This document shows, piece by piece, positions 40,343 to 51,543 of a DNA stretch of 64,000 bases. Made by a program: the position numbers and the translations under genes. Source of the DNA: Pelagomonas calceolata (taxonomy: Eukaryota); NCBI GenBank assembly GCA_918797485.1, contig CAKKNE010000005.1, forward strand, positions 1,674,001-1,738,000, read 5' to 3'. Within the stretch, counting starts at the first letter, position 1; each line of letters starts with the position of its first letter. Under the pieces are notes generated by a model that was not told the origin of the DNA, ran no database searches, and saw nothing but the letters and a program-made list of their open reading frames with translations.

Positions 40343-42730
40343 ATGACGCGGGACGACCAGAATGATTACCTGGAACGAGTTCTAAAGTCTCTTGTGCTGG
40401 ACGTGAATAGGCTCGCTGCTCGCGTCCACCATCTGGAGAGTGCCCATGGCCCCGCAATCATCAACATCAAGGAAGAGATGAGTGCTCTGACCGCCAACCT
40501 CCAAGGGTTTGTCTCCGTGGACGATCTAAGCGAGAGGCAGCGCCGGGAACGTGAGTGTTACGTGCGTCACTCAAAAAATGTGTTGAAAAAAAGGTGGGAC
40601 AGTGGTCCCCAGCTACCCGACCCCCTTGAGTTGCAGGCATATGAAAAAAAGTCTTCTTTGCCTGATTTCTCCCTGGAAAGTGTGCACGTACCATTCGAGT
40701 CTACGAGTCGACTGCGAGCAAAACAACGATGGCGCTGGGTATTACTGAAGCTCAGCATGCGACATATTAGGAGGAGAGTTCCCATGTCGAGCTCATACAT
40801 TTTGCAACGACGGTCGTTTGCCACGCGTCTCCAGGAGCTGGAAATACGCACGAACCACACGGAATGCCGCGTACGCTGTATTTTAGCGCAAGCAGGACCT
40901 GATAAGTTTACCAGGGTAAATCAAATGATATTTTGGCTCAACAGAGCAATAAACGGAGACGAAGGTCGAAATTTGGAAAATGCACGGGGCATTCTTCGCC
41001 GACTTGCGGCCGTGGAGGAGAAAATGAGCAATACGCATGAGCTTGCAACTAAAGCAAACTTGCGTAGCGAATTGACTGAAAGACATTCAGAATCTTTAAA
41101 ACTTGAGATTCGAGATGCTGCGAATCAGGGAGCCAACGCATACAAAGCAGCGATGTGTGCCAAAAACAAACTCGACGAATCAGAAATATCCTATAAGACC
41201 AGGCTCCCTCGTGCCCGTGCCCGAGCTAGCTTTATGCTGCGATGCTTGTTAGATACATGCTGCAATGCTATACAATCGAGACATGTTGCTGCCCTGCCTG
41301 GGGGTACCAGTCTGATTAAGAATCGAATTTCACCGTTATACCATCTGCTGAAAACTTCTGAAGTCACTACCAAAGAAACACCGGTGAACATGGAGAATTG
41401 GCGAAATGTAGCACGCTCCATTGCACGAAATTTGTTCCTTGTATTACGCCAAGACAAGCGGTTGCAGGATATGAATCGCAGAGCTCATTTAGACAATATG
41501 TGTACATTACTGGATGTGGGCGTCGACTTGCATATTGACGAAACCAACGCTGACATACTACCACTTGAACATGGCAGCAATTTAGTAGTTGGAGTCAACA
41601 ACCTTTTGAACGCACGCCAACTCGTGCACGCCTGTGCCCGACAGATGTTAAAATATACGTACTTTGACTGTTTCAACTTAGGCTGAAGCGTGTCTGCGAT
41701 CTCTGAATGTAGTCTTGACATTAGATGAGGGCGACGAATCGACCGATGCGGGCATGCTGGCTCTACAAGCTTGGTGTGTGGGTAAGGACGGTCCTGATGC
41801 AGAAATGGTGAACTCGCAGTTGTTTAGTTTAAATGCAGGGCTTGTTGCTCTTCAAGCCTCGCTTAGCTTTATGCCTGATAACTCAGTCGTTGAAAAATTA
41901 AAAGAAAGAATGCAACTAATTGAGCATGCAAAAAGTCAGTCCTGTGACAACGTCGCTGCAGCAAGTATGCACAGCAAATTTGATTTTCATGCCTCTCTCG
42001 CTGCAACTACGCAGACTGTGGACAGACTAAGAGATGAGATCAGCACAAAAGCAGGATATGAGGACACGCGCATAGCTTTGAGTCTCCTCGAAAGAGAAGT
42101 GGTTAAGCTCGGTGAGACGACAGTTGAACAAAGTCAGCTTGAAACAATTCTACGTTCGAAAATAGACCGCAACGACTTGAGTCAAATTGCGGCTCTTGTA
42201 GCAAATGGCAACTTCGACGGAATAAATTCACAAGTCACACAGACGTGGACCCGAAACACCAGATTTGTCCTTTTAAGACTTGAAACAAGATTATCATCGC
42301 AAATAGGTTGCTGCGAAACTCCAAAATCCCCGATTGCGCTGCCTCTGTTGTGACAAACCATTAACCAGGGCTAGCGTGAGCATGGAGACTATACTCCAAA
42401 CACCGCAATCACCCAGCTCCAATCCAGCAAACGAAGCAAATGTCCACAGCAAAATTTACAATATGGATAAATAAATTTGCTCGCACAGGCAATGCTAGTA
42501 AACTCGTCACTCAAGACCAAATACCTCTCGGTAAAACCGCAAAACAGCTCAAGTATACTATCAGGAGAAACACCGGACATCATCAAGTTAAATAGGCTTG
42601 CTCCAGAACCACCCTTCTTGCCAAAGTGCGTTTTGTATTTTAGCGGGAATTCCAACGTAAAGTCTCTTGTTGGCGCATTATAGGTCCGAGGTTAGTCGAT
42701 ATCCACGTTTAAGACCTGTGCAGACTTCGT
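40343..42730 (+). CDS. Hypothetical coiled-coil protein with a C-terminal RCLCCDKP motif (DUF4795-like), multi-exon
   Basis: Long ORFs 40286-41686 and 41715-42353, then a spliced VAAKLQNPRLRCLCCDKPL. Both ends are approximate. Confidence 0.55.
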
Positions 42731-43639
42731 TGCGAAAAGCTAACTAGAACTGCAAGCATCCGGCGGCATCTGCACAACAAGCGCAGATATTTACACCGCA
42801 AGAAGCCAATCGACCCCGAACCATCACATGGAAGGATTGGATTGAGACTCATTGATTCGTCCATAGTGGTCTTAAGGATGGCCATGTGCGCATTTCAGAA
42901 GCTTCGCTCGGACGATCGTCTGCAAAAACAGTTTCAAGGTGAAGGACTGTACTAATCTGGTTCAAACGCGGGGCAAGTTGTCTGGACTCTATAATCGTCC
43001 TCTTCTGGCCCGGTTTAACTCAAAAACATTCCTTCGCCAGACGCTATGCTTGAGGTTTCACTGATAGCCTTAGACTACAGCCTGGGATGCTTCGAGTTCC
43101 CAAAACGGTTCCTGGCCTGCGCGGCCGGGTCTCCCCTATAAACAACTAATTGGAAAATTGAGGACGGAGGAGGCAGGGCTCCACATCACGCCGCTCGGGC
43201 CGACGACGCTCAAGTCCGAAGACGCGTGTTTGTCGCCGCACGCGTCCCGGCACGGGTTGCGGTTCCACTCGCGTCCCGGCTCTCGGCGTATAAAGCAGGG
43301 TCCAGGTCTCCTGCGTCAGCAACGGCACGGAATTATCCAGTCGCCAGCCTCGGGCACTACTCGCCGCGTTCTGCTCTTAGCCGAAACGCATCGAGTCCCA
43401 CTCTCAATAGCGACTCGTCGGGGCGCCTCCATGTCTGGTGCGGGGGCCTCCCCTAATTTGACATTCGAGTCCCCAGCCGCTTATGCGCCGGCTAGCTACT
43501 AGCCTGACTCGGAGGTTACGAGACCGCAAAGAGGTCCTTTGCGTGCCCCAAGACCGGAATGGAGTAATATAGGCTTGGTGTATGTCCTTTTTCTTTAGGA
43601 TATTCCTTCCTTAATTAATTATTTATTTATTTATTTATT

Positions 43640-43880
43640 TATAGGGATTTGTATACTTTATGTCCCATCCTGACGGATGATACTACATAAAATAATGTTA
43701 TGCAAAATCCATTCTTTTAAAACTGACATAAAAATCGCCAAAAACTGAACTGGCATCCCATCCAAAAGAAGGAAGTAGTATAGACAAAATCTATAAAATT
43801 AGTTCGCCGGCGGCCTAACGGCGAGGCACGAAATTCATACATGTTGTAGGGTCAGAGCGAAGTCGCCACGGCAACACAGG
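43640..43880 (+). repeat. Dispersed repeat family C, copy 1 (copy 2 at ~57249-57658)
   Basis: Shared blocks atactttatgtccc.tcctga, agtatagac.aaa..tataaa, ctaacggcg.ggcac, tcagagcgaagtc..gccacggcaac. Confidence 0.85.
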
Positions 43881-43910
43881 TCACGGTGTACTCTGGCTGG
43901 GGGGGTGTCA

Positions 43911-44200
43911 CCCTGCACCGGAAAATTCCTTTGAGCCCTATATAGATACAGAGCTATATGAAATGACATGTCCATTTATACGTCTGCAGACAATTTGTTG
44001 GTTGGGGCGGGTTTTATCTCGGACCATCGCCGCGTCGCAGCTGATTTCTCGGTGTGAGGCTGTCCGCACGGTAGAAAACTTTGCACAGCTCATTATGTTA
44101 GCATACGGAACCTGCGCCTCCGAGTCAGCAAAAATTTGCCGCCAAAGCGCCCGAATCCCCTAAAATTCGAAGTCTCCACGGAACATTAAGTCTCGCAGGG
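43911..44200 (-). mobile_element. MITE-like family B, apparently complete 290-bp copy with CCCTGC...GCAGGG termini
   Basis: Reverse-complement homology to 21857-22224. Terminal inverted hexamers. Flanks are CA (left) and TA (right). Confidence 0.7.
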
Positions 44201-44621
44201 TAATTCGGCCTAAATTCACCTTAGGGAGGATCGCTCAGAATCTTACTGTCAAAACTTTCCCGCCGGTGTGGGGGTGCTAGTGGGGGGGCGCGCCGGGGGG
44301 GGGGCTGGTGGGTGAATTCACACCCTCAAGTTTAGGCTTTACCCTCAAGTTTAGGCGGTCGTGTTCTTGGGGCCATGCCGGTCACTGGCACGCCGCGGCT
44401 GTCGCCAGTCACTGGCGGCCGCACCGTGACTGGCATCCGAGTCTGGTCCGAGTCTGGTCTTGACTGTAGTTCTCAAAGGGCTACTCAGGCTCTTTGCTTT
44501 TCTTAGTCCTTCTTTGGGACTCTTGGAGAGTTTCGCGACGTCCATCTATCCTTCTTCTAGTATCATGATGCAATGCAAGCTCGTATCTCGCCGCCGACAC
44601 ATATTGTGACACAAAACCGTC

Positions 44622-46223
44622 ATGGATCCTGGGGTCCACAGCATTGGCATCCCACAAGATCGGTTCGATGCCTCAAGGTTGCAAATTGAGGGTGCAATAG
44701 GAAATCTATCCTCAACAAATCAACAGAAGATCGCTTGCTCGCGAGCGGTGCGGGCGTTCGTGGATGCAAAAGAATCTTCACGTAGTTCAAGCGTGGCCGC
44801 CTCCCTTTTCAGGGAGGTGGAGGCAGTCCGTAAAAAGGGCTTGGATGCACATCACCTGACACTGCAGAATTTGAGATACCGCGAAAGCCGTTTGAAGGAA
44901 GAGGTGAAGCTGTGCCAGAATTATCAGTGCCTGGGATTGGTGAAACTGACCGATGAATCGCATTTTATCTTTGAATCCTCGTCAGCGGGAACCAAACCAC
45001 ATAATCATTCGCAGCAGCTTGATATGCTAAAAGAAGAACTAGAGAAGCGCCGATGGCTTGATGCACAAAAGAGTGCGCTACAGGAAAAACTACGCAAGAT
45101 CGAAGCGGAAATGAAGAACCGGCACTCAATTCTCAGACAGCTACCGACATACCTTAATGCAGCTCAGCAAGCGTGTAGCCCATTATCGCAGCTGATCCTT
45201 AACACAGATTGGATGCAAAGGACCAACGCAAATCATGGGCAGCTGCCCCGGGCCCTCTCATTGATCTATTGGCAATTTCGTAGCCTCGTATCTGCAGGGG
45301 TCCTTAGTCCGTCGACAGAACTCTTCTTCGGACAGGAGTCTCCTGCGAGAGCAAGGTACGGGGATCTGGTGATTGAGAGGAGCATAGCTTCTTTGAAAGT
45401 CAGTTTCCACGGTACTCTTGTTGTTTTCCGCACATTGCCGTCCATGGGCAATATTGTGGTTGTTGAACCATCAGACGGAACCTTAGTAAACTTGTTTCCG
45501 GGTGATAGTGGAGATAAACTTTACACCACGGCTATGGCATGGCGCCACGAGACAGTAGGCGTGGGCAAAAATGCATTGTTCCCTCACAACGTACTTGGCC
45601 GCCCTTTTAGCTGGGCACAGTGGCTCGGCGGTGGGGTGACTGGGACCATAGCATGTGGCACGCTAGAGCCTTCATGTCGCTTAGTGGCCCTGCGACTCCA
45701 AGACAGGCTTGCTAGTACCACTGCGCTCCATGAGCAACTTGATACCTTGTCAAGGAAACCCTGTCCTATAAAGCATCCCTGCAGAATAAATCATCTTCAA
45801 ACTGCAGACGTACCACCGGGGCTGAACTACTCCTGGGCTGGCCCTGCACCAAACATTTATCGGTCTACATCGGAGTCGTATTACTCCACGTGTAGATGTA
45901 CATTACAGACCCCGAGAAAGGAGTTTGTCGCTAGCATTGAGTTGTCTCCTGAGTACCCCTACCGCGCCCCGCGTTTCTTTTTGCAGTCTCGCGATGGCAG
46001 CGCAGAACCCCATGACCCCCGATTGAAGCATATAGAAGCCGAGCTAAATGCAAGATACGACAAATTTGCTGACCACAATGACAATCCTGAGGGCTCTCTA
46101 CTTGAGCACCAACTAAGAGGTTTTGAAGTGATGATAGTGGCCCCATGTGGCGCGATGATAGCCGAGAGTTTATTCAAACGCACAGTTTTGGGCAGAGCGC
46201 GCAATCAGCACCTTTCTATCTAG
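44622..46223 (+). CDS. THOC5: THO complex subunit 5 (FMIP family), single exon
   Basis: EVEAVRKKGLDAHHLTLQNLRYRESRLKEEVKLCQNY, LKEELEKR, LPRALSLIY, LVNLFPGDSG, GRPFSWAQWLGG, SPEYPYRAPRF. Confidence 0.88.
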   Translation: MDPGVHSIGIPQDRFDASRLQIEGAIGNLSSTNQQKIACSRAVRAFVDAKESSRSSSVAASLFREVEAVRKKGLDAHHLTLQNLRYRESRLKEEVKLCQNYQCLGLVKLTDESHFIFESSSAGTKPHNHSQQLDMLKEELEKRRWLDAQKSALQEKLRKIEAEMKNRHSILRQLPTYLNAAQQACSPLSQLILNTDWMQRTNANHGQLPRALSLIYWQFRSLVSAGVLSPSTELFFGQESPARARYGDLVIERSIASLKVSFHGTLVVFRTLPSMGNIVVVEPSDGTLVNLFPGDSGDKLYTTAMAWRHETVGVGKNALFPHNVLGRPFSWAQWLGGGVTGTIACGTLEPSCRLVALRLQDRLASTTALHEQLDTLSRKPCPIKHPCRINHLQTADVPPGLNYSWAGPAPNIYRSTSESYYSTCRCTLQTPRKEFVASIELSPEYPYRAPRFFLQSRDGSAEPHDPRLKHIEAELNARYDKFADHNDNPEGSLLEHQLRGFEVMIVAPCGAMIAESLFKRTVLGRARNQHLSI

Positions 46224-47754
46224 ATAGAACTTTGACATTCGATATTCCCGGGCCTTACAACTGATCCTTACGACTTCGCTTCATGAGCCTCATAATTTAC
46301 AAGCAGATGCTTGGCGGGTCGCGGTTAGTAAACCTAGCGGATGATACAAAAAACACATACATAATCCAAGATATTGATTTCCGATATGAAAACCACCCCT
46401 TTCTTCGAGTCACGGTTAGTACCGGGCAGTGACCGTGACAACTTGCAACCGTGACCGTGAAACTTGAAAATACTACAAGTACAAAAAATACTTTCAAGCC
46501 TGAGCCTGGGTTATCCGCTGGGGGCGATAGTACCATACTAGGAAGCTTGGGACCCGGGCCCGCCAAAATCCCCGGGCTGTGTCGGTTTCAACCTCAAGAC
46601 CACCACCGTGACTCGGACAGCGTGGTTCACTAAGGCTGCCCGGACCAGTGGCAACTCAGGCTTGAAGTTGTAGCAACTTGAACTGGACGAGTAGGAACCT
46701 CGGCTTTCTTGTCAGTCTTGATAGCAACTTGAAGGGCACGAACATATCATGATTACCCTGACCGCCCAGGTGGCTTTAAAATTTTGGTACCGTGACCGTC
46801 ACAATACACAATACACAATACATCTTGGGTCATATAAAGAGACCTCAGGCTGGATAAATAGATGGGAGCGTCTCCGGCCCGGAATGGGATGGCCGAATTA
46901 CCTCTCGCACCCCATAAGGGAACTGTATAAAGCGGAAAGACGAGTTGCTCAGCGATCACAGTCTCTGAACAAAAAACAAACTCGATTAAGGATGTGAACG
47001 GCCTCGCTGACAGCCGCAGCCCTCCTGGAATACCCTGAATTCTGCCATTTTTTTTTGCTCAAAACCCCTTGAGCGATGCGGATGCTCCGATAGTTAAGCT
47101 AATCGGTCAAAACCCGTTTAGCTGGCAACTAGTTAGTTAACTAGCTGCGTCTAAACGGGCTGATCCGTGCCCGGCGTCCTAACCCGTCCGAAAGGTATCA
47201 GCCGCGGGTCACTAAGCCTGACTAGCCGCCCACCCTGGTTCGAAGCACCTGACTAACTACCCAGGGTGGCAACGCGTCGTCTGCGAGCAGCTTCAGGACA
47301 CGCTTGCAAAGTCCGCCAAGGCAAGGACGTCCACTTGGGGCCGAGCTCAAGTCCACCCCAAAGTGGCCGAAGGGGCACCGGACGCTTCAAAGGGTCTACG
47401 CGGCCTTATTCCGTCAGACGAGGTTACCCGCCATCTGGTGAACTTGCCCTTGTGTACAGAGGCAGGATATATTAGAATTAGACTAGGGTTAGGGTTGGGT
47501 TGGGCGAGAGTCGGGTTAGAGCGGATCCGAAATGGTCCTAGCGTCGGCGGCAGTTTCGCGGCAACATGGGCTCATCGGAACGCGGGGAGCGAGAGAAATG
47601 TTTTAGACGGGCGGAAAGGGCGAGCGGCGAAGAATAGCGTTCTGACCCGCCCCTGGACCTACGGCTCATGGACCCGCACCTACAGAGAGCACCCTTTTAG
47701 GAAGGAGGTCCATGCGACCACCTTACTCGGTCCTAGCCCGACGGGTGGGTCCAG

Positions 47755-48255
47755 GGGGAGCGGGACCGCCTAGCCCTAGGTGGCCGGCGGCCCCCGGTGC
47801 CCCCCTAGGTAGGGCGTAAAAAAACCGAACCCGGCTCATTTCGCAATTATTTTTCGCGCGGTTCGCTGCCTCGCGGCGCGACGACGCTGCTCAACGACTG
47901 CGTTAAGGCTATGTCCACACGCACATGATCTCAGCGACGGAATTGGCACAGATAGCTGCCCCTGCGCGTTCCACTGGCTTCAGTACCTTCTCGGGCAGCC
48001 TCGGCTCGGCGAAAATTTTTCGCGGGGAGCCTCCGAGTCACGGGGCGCGTCGAACGGCCGAACTTCAGGCCAGCTTTTCTCGGCCGCATCACGTGCCCAA
48101 CTGCCAACACAACGTGCGCTGGATAGCCCTATCTATGGGCTTTCCAGCGCACCATCCCGTGGCAGTTGGGCACGCAATGGCGCTCAGGCTGAGCACAGAA
48201 CGTGTCACGGTTTGGCGCCAGTGGCCACAGCTCTAGGTCTGCACTGCAGAGGCCG
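47755..48255 (+). repeat. Hairpin-containing dispersed repeat E, copy 1 (copy 2 inverted at ~53835-54138)
   Basis: Both copies translate to QHNVRWIALSMGFPAHHPVAVGHAMALRLSTERVT on opposite strands and share ggggagcgggaccgcctagccctag and aaaattttttcgcggggagcctccgagtcacgggg. Confidence 0.92.
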
Positions 48256-48715
48256 GGGTTCCTTCCATAAGACTACGCACAACAGGAGCGGGATACGCAG
48301 CGTGTGCATGGCTACGCCGCATGCGAGACGGGGCGGCTAAGCGTGCGACACCCATCGAACCAAACTGAGTACAAACACGGGGACCGCTCCGACCGAACCG
48401 TTCCTCCTACGCGTATACGGGGGGTCGAAGGACCGGGCGGCGTGCGGGTTGGGGCGAGCACAGCAGCAGCGACCTGCGCGACTGTTATTTGTCCCAGTCC
48501 GTAGATTGGTCCTGTCGCAACCCCCTGACGTGACGCACTCGTTGAGTCGACGTTGCGTTGTTCGCGGTTACCCGCGGGAGTCACGCAAAGGGGTCGGTCA
48601 GTGGGGATCGAGATATGGACCTACGTACTAGTTCTAGTCTGGGTTTAGAACGTACTGAACGCGCTCGTAGTCTTGGAGGCCCAAGATGCAAGCTGGACAT
48701 GAACGCTGAGACTAA

Positions 48716-49564
48716 ATGAGTATGGCTAACTCGTCAGATCTCATTTTCAGTCCGCGAGACACATTGACGATTCGAGTGTCAGAGAGTGAGCCAGCGGAGA
48801 CCGCCCTGAAAATATCGAATCCCACGTCTGAGCACATCGCTTTCAAGGTCAAGACCACGTCCCCAGAGCGTTATCTTGTAAAGCCAAACCATGGATTAAT
48901 TAGATACGGGCGCCAAACTGAAGTAACAATCATCATAGTGCATACGAAAAAGAAAGATATCCTCACCGAGGCACTAACCAGTCCTGCAAATTGCAGGGAC
49001 AAGTTTCTGGTACAAAGTTTGGGGATTGATGCCATACTCGCTGATGAACTTGAGTCTAAAACGTCACTTGAGCTCGCAGATGCAATAACTCAGCTCTTTG
49101 TAAAGAAAGACAAATTCAAATTGCAAGCGAAGAAGCTGCCTGTTGAACTACTACTTGACGACCCCCCTAGAAAGGATGGCTCTGGGGTGGAAAAAGGCCA
49201 CATCTCCGTGGGTAAATCACCTGAATTGACAAACTCAAGATTGATGCCTGGGACCCCTGAGGCCATGTTTGCGGAAATAGTGGCTCTACGCAAAAAGTAT
49301 GATGATCTTGTGGCTTTTACAGTAAATCTAACAGCCGAACGTGACAGTATGTCTCTGGACTTACCGAACTCTCATACTTGCCCCGAGGGAGTGCCGCAAG
49401 ATAAAACTGCATCCTTTGGTGGCTCATCCTTGAACGCTGAGAGACGCGGTATGGATAGTGATATGCCTCCAGCCTCTTCAATGACATCAGTCATCTCCAT
49501 TTCACTTATTTCATGTCTATTCGGCTGGTGCTCTTCGCAATTGGTCCGTCAGTGTGGATCATAG
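48716..49564 (+). CDS. VAP: VAMP-associated protein (MSP domain, coiled coil, C-terminal hydrophobic anchor)
   Basis: LKISNPTSEHIAFKVKTTSPERYLVKPNHG, DKFLVQS, LRKKYDDLVAFTVNLTAERD. Confidence 0.88.
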   Translation: MSMANSSDLIFSPRDTLTIRVSESEPAETALKISNPTSEHIAFKVKTTSPERYLVKPNHGLIRYGRQTEVTIIIVHTKKKDILTEALTSPANCRDKFLVQSLGIDAILADELESKTSLELADAITQLFVKKDKFKLQAKKLPVELLLDDPPRKDGSGVEKGHISVGKSPELTNSRLMPGTPEAMFAEIVALRKKYDDLVAFTVNLTAERDSMSLDLPNSHTCPEGVPQDKTASFGGSSLNAERRGMDSDMPPASSMTSVISISLISCLFGWCSSQLVRQCGS

Positions 49565-50075
49565 TTCGCAAAGCTCTTATCTACCTTCCTCCGGCCACAA
49601 ACATCTGCTTGGGCAACAGTCCTGCACTCTCGGGACTGCATCGCAGCAAAGTAGACCCCGTTAATAGACGATATTTGGACTTGAGCGACTAGATGTCGCC
49701 CGGAAGCTGGGGACTAGACCCTTGGTCGCTACTCAATCAGTTTGAGACCGAGTCTGTTTAGTATGGAGATGGTAGGTCGGTCTGTGAAAAATGGAGGAGT
49801 AAGCATTCGTACTTTACTAGTAGAACTTGCCGTTAGTAAGTTTAGTGCAGATTGGTAAGTTAGGAAGCATCTACCCAATGCCACATATGGGCTATTTACA
49901 ACGCGATGACTAAGTGTCTAGTGGGGGTTAGAGTTGGGGGCCAATTCAATTTCAGCAATCTTTTTTTCTTTCTCCTTTTTATACTTGCCAAGGCAAAGCG
50001 TACTGACGTTCCGTCAGCACGTTTCACCGCGAGAAATTCAACGTTCCGGTCGGCGAATCGAATGCTCCGCACCTT

Positions 50076-50276
50076 ACGCCACGAAGACTCAGTAACCTTC
50101 CGCGAAACCCGAAATCGGTGGTTTATAAGAATCAAAAAGTCTTAAACCCGAACCATCACCCCCCACGCCGGATTTAGCACCCTTGCGGAGTAGCCCCCGG
50201 CAGGGAAAAAGGTGTGAACCAATCCAGGGTTACCTGCCCTCAGGGCAGCTGACCCTGAAGTGGTTCATACCTTTTT
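50076..50276. repeat. Repeat D, copy 2
   Basis: Reverse complement of 33591-33790. Confidence 0.93.
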
Positions 50277-51543
50277 TCTCTCCGACTCGGCCCCGGGAGT
50301 CTGAGTCACCGTGACTCGGACCGAGCCTGAGTCTCAGGCTTACGCAGTAAAACTCTAAAAGCCTGAGGGCTGCCAGTGCGGCTAACGGAACCCTCTAGGA
50401 CGCGACCGATTCCATTGAATGGGCCGGTACTAGTAGTTCAAGTTCAAGTTGTGTTCGTTATTTGACCTCACTGGCCACAGCCTGAGTCATACCACGGCGG
50501 GATTTTGTTTTTAATTTCTTTTTGGCATCCGCCAGGCAGGACATAAATAATAATCATCATCATGGCACGCCTGGGCAGCTACTGACATCATCAGTGACAT
50601 GTACTCCTCTTTCGAACTTCAAGTTCTATTGAGTTCTATCGAGGGTGGAGGATTCGGATGAAGCAAAATCTTCAAGTTGACGCGATGTTACAACAGTTGC
50701 ACTCGCCGAGGCGCCCAGATGTTGCCCTGCTACATCATATGCTACTAGTCCAAGCGGGTCTAGTTGCCGTTAGCGTGGGTGTGCAATAGTCACCGTTGGC
50801 GTCGAAAGAACGGAATGCTCGAGGCGTTTCTCGCAAAACATGTTGACGGAGCTAGTAGACGATATACAACGCTGTGGGGCGGGGAAGACCGTCGAACGCC
50901 ACTGATGCTCGCTGGCACTCCAGGAGATCGCGATGGCCATGATTCCTATCGATCTGTGACCCGCGTGCTTTTGTCAAACTTCCACAGCTCGGAATTATTG
51001 TAGTCTGAAATACTCGGGTCTTCAAGACCAGACCTTCTTAGGTTGATGATACCAATCATTCTTTCCAATAGTTCACTATTCATCCAGTTAATGTGCTTGC
51101 GCAGTCAAGCGGGGTTTTGAAAAGCAGTTGTAATTGCAGCAGGAATTCCTGTTGAATGAACGACCTTACTGCGTGCCAAACCAATACCGTTTGCAAAGCT
51201 TGCGCTAATTAAACGATTCCGCGTGGTCGATCCTGATGAGATGGATGACGAAGAGAATTTGCATATAAATGATGACGATGAGATGATGAGTTGTGTAGAG
51301 AAAAGAGTTCGGAACACATGCCTATATCTGTCGAGTCATCTCAGATCATCTGGACTAGTCACTAGCCACTGCAGCAGCAGCCTAGAACTTGAAGATGGTA
51401 CCTGGATTTCGGTTTGGGTTCCCAATCACGGTGCGTCGTCTACTTGTTGTGGAGCACTTGTAGTGACGCAAGACTAGCCGCATTTTCATTGCAGTCAAGC
51501 CCATAGACGCAGAAGCCATCACATAGTACTAGAAGATTATGAG

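Noticed and set aside
47478..47503. Telomere-like tagggttagggttgggttggg
   Set aside because: Only about two units, too short to call an interstitial telomere.
50640..51480. Possible small multi-exon gene (acidic DPDEMDDEE segment)
   Set aside because: I could not assemble a consistent exon chain or recognise a family.
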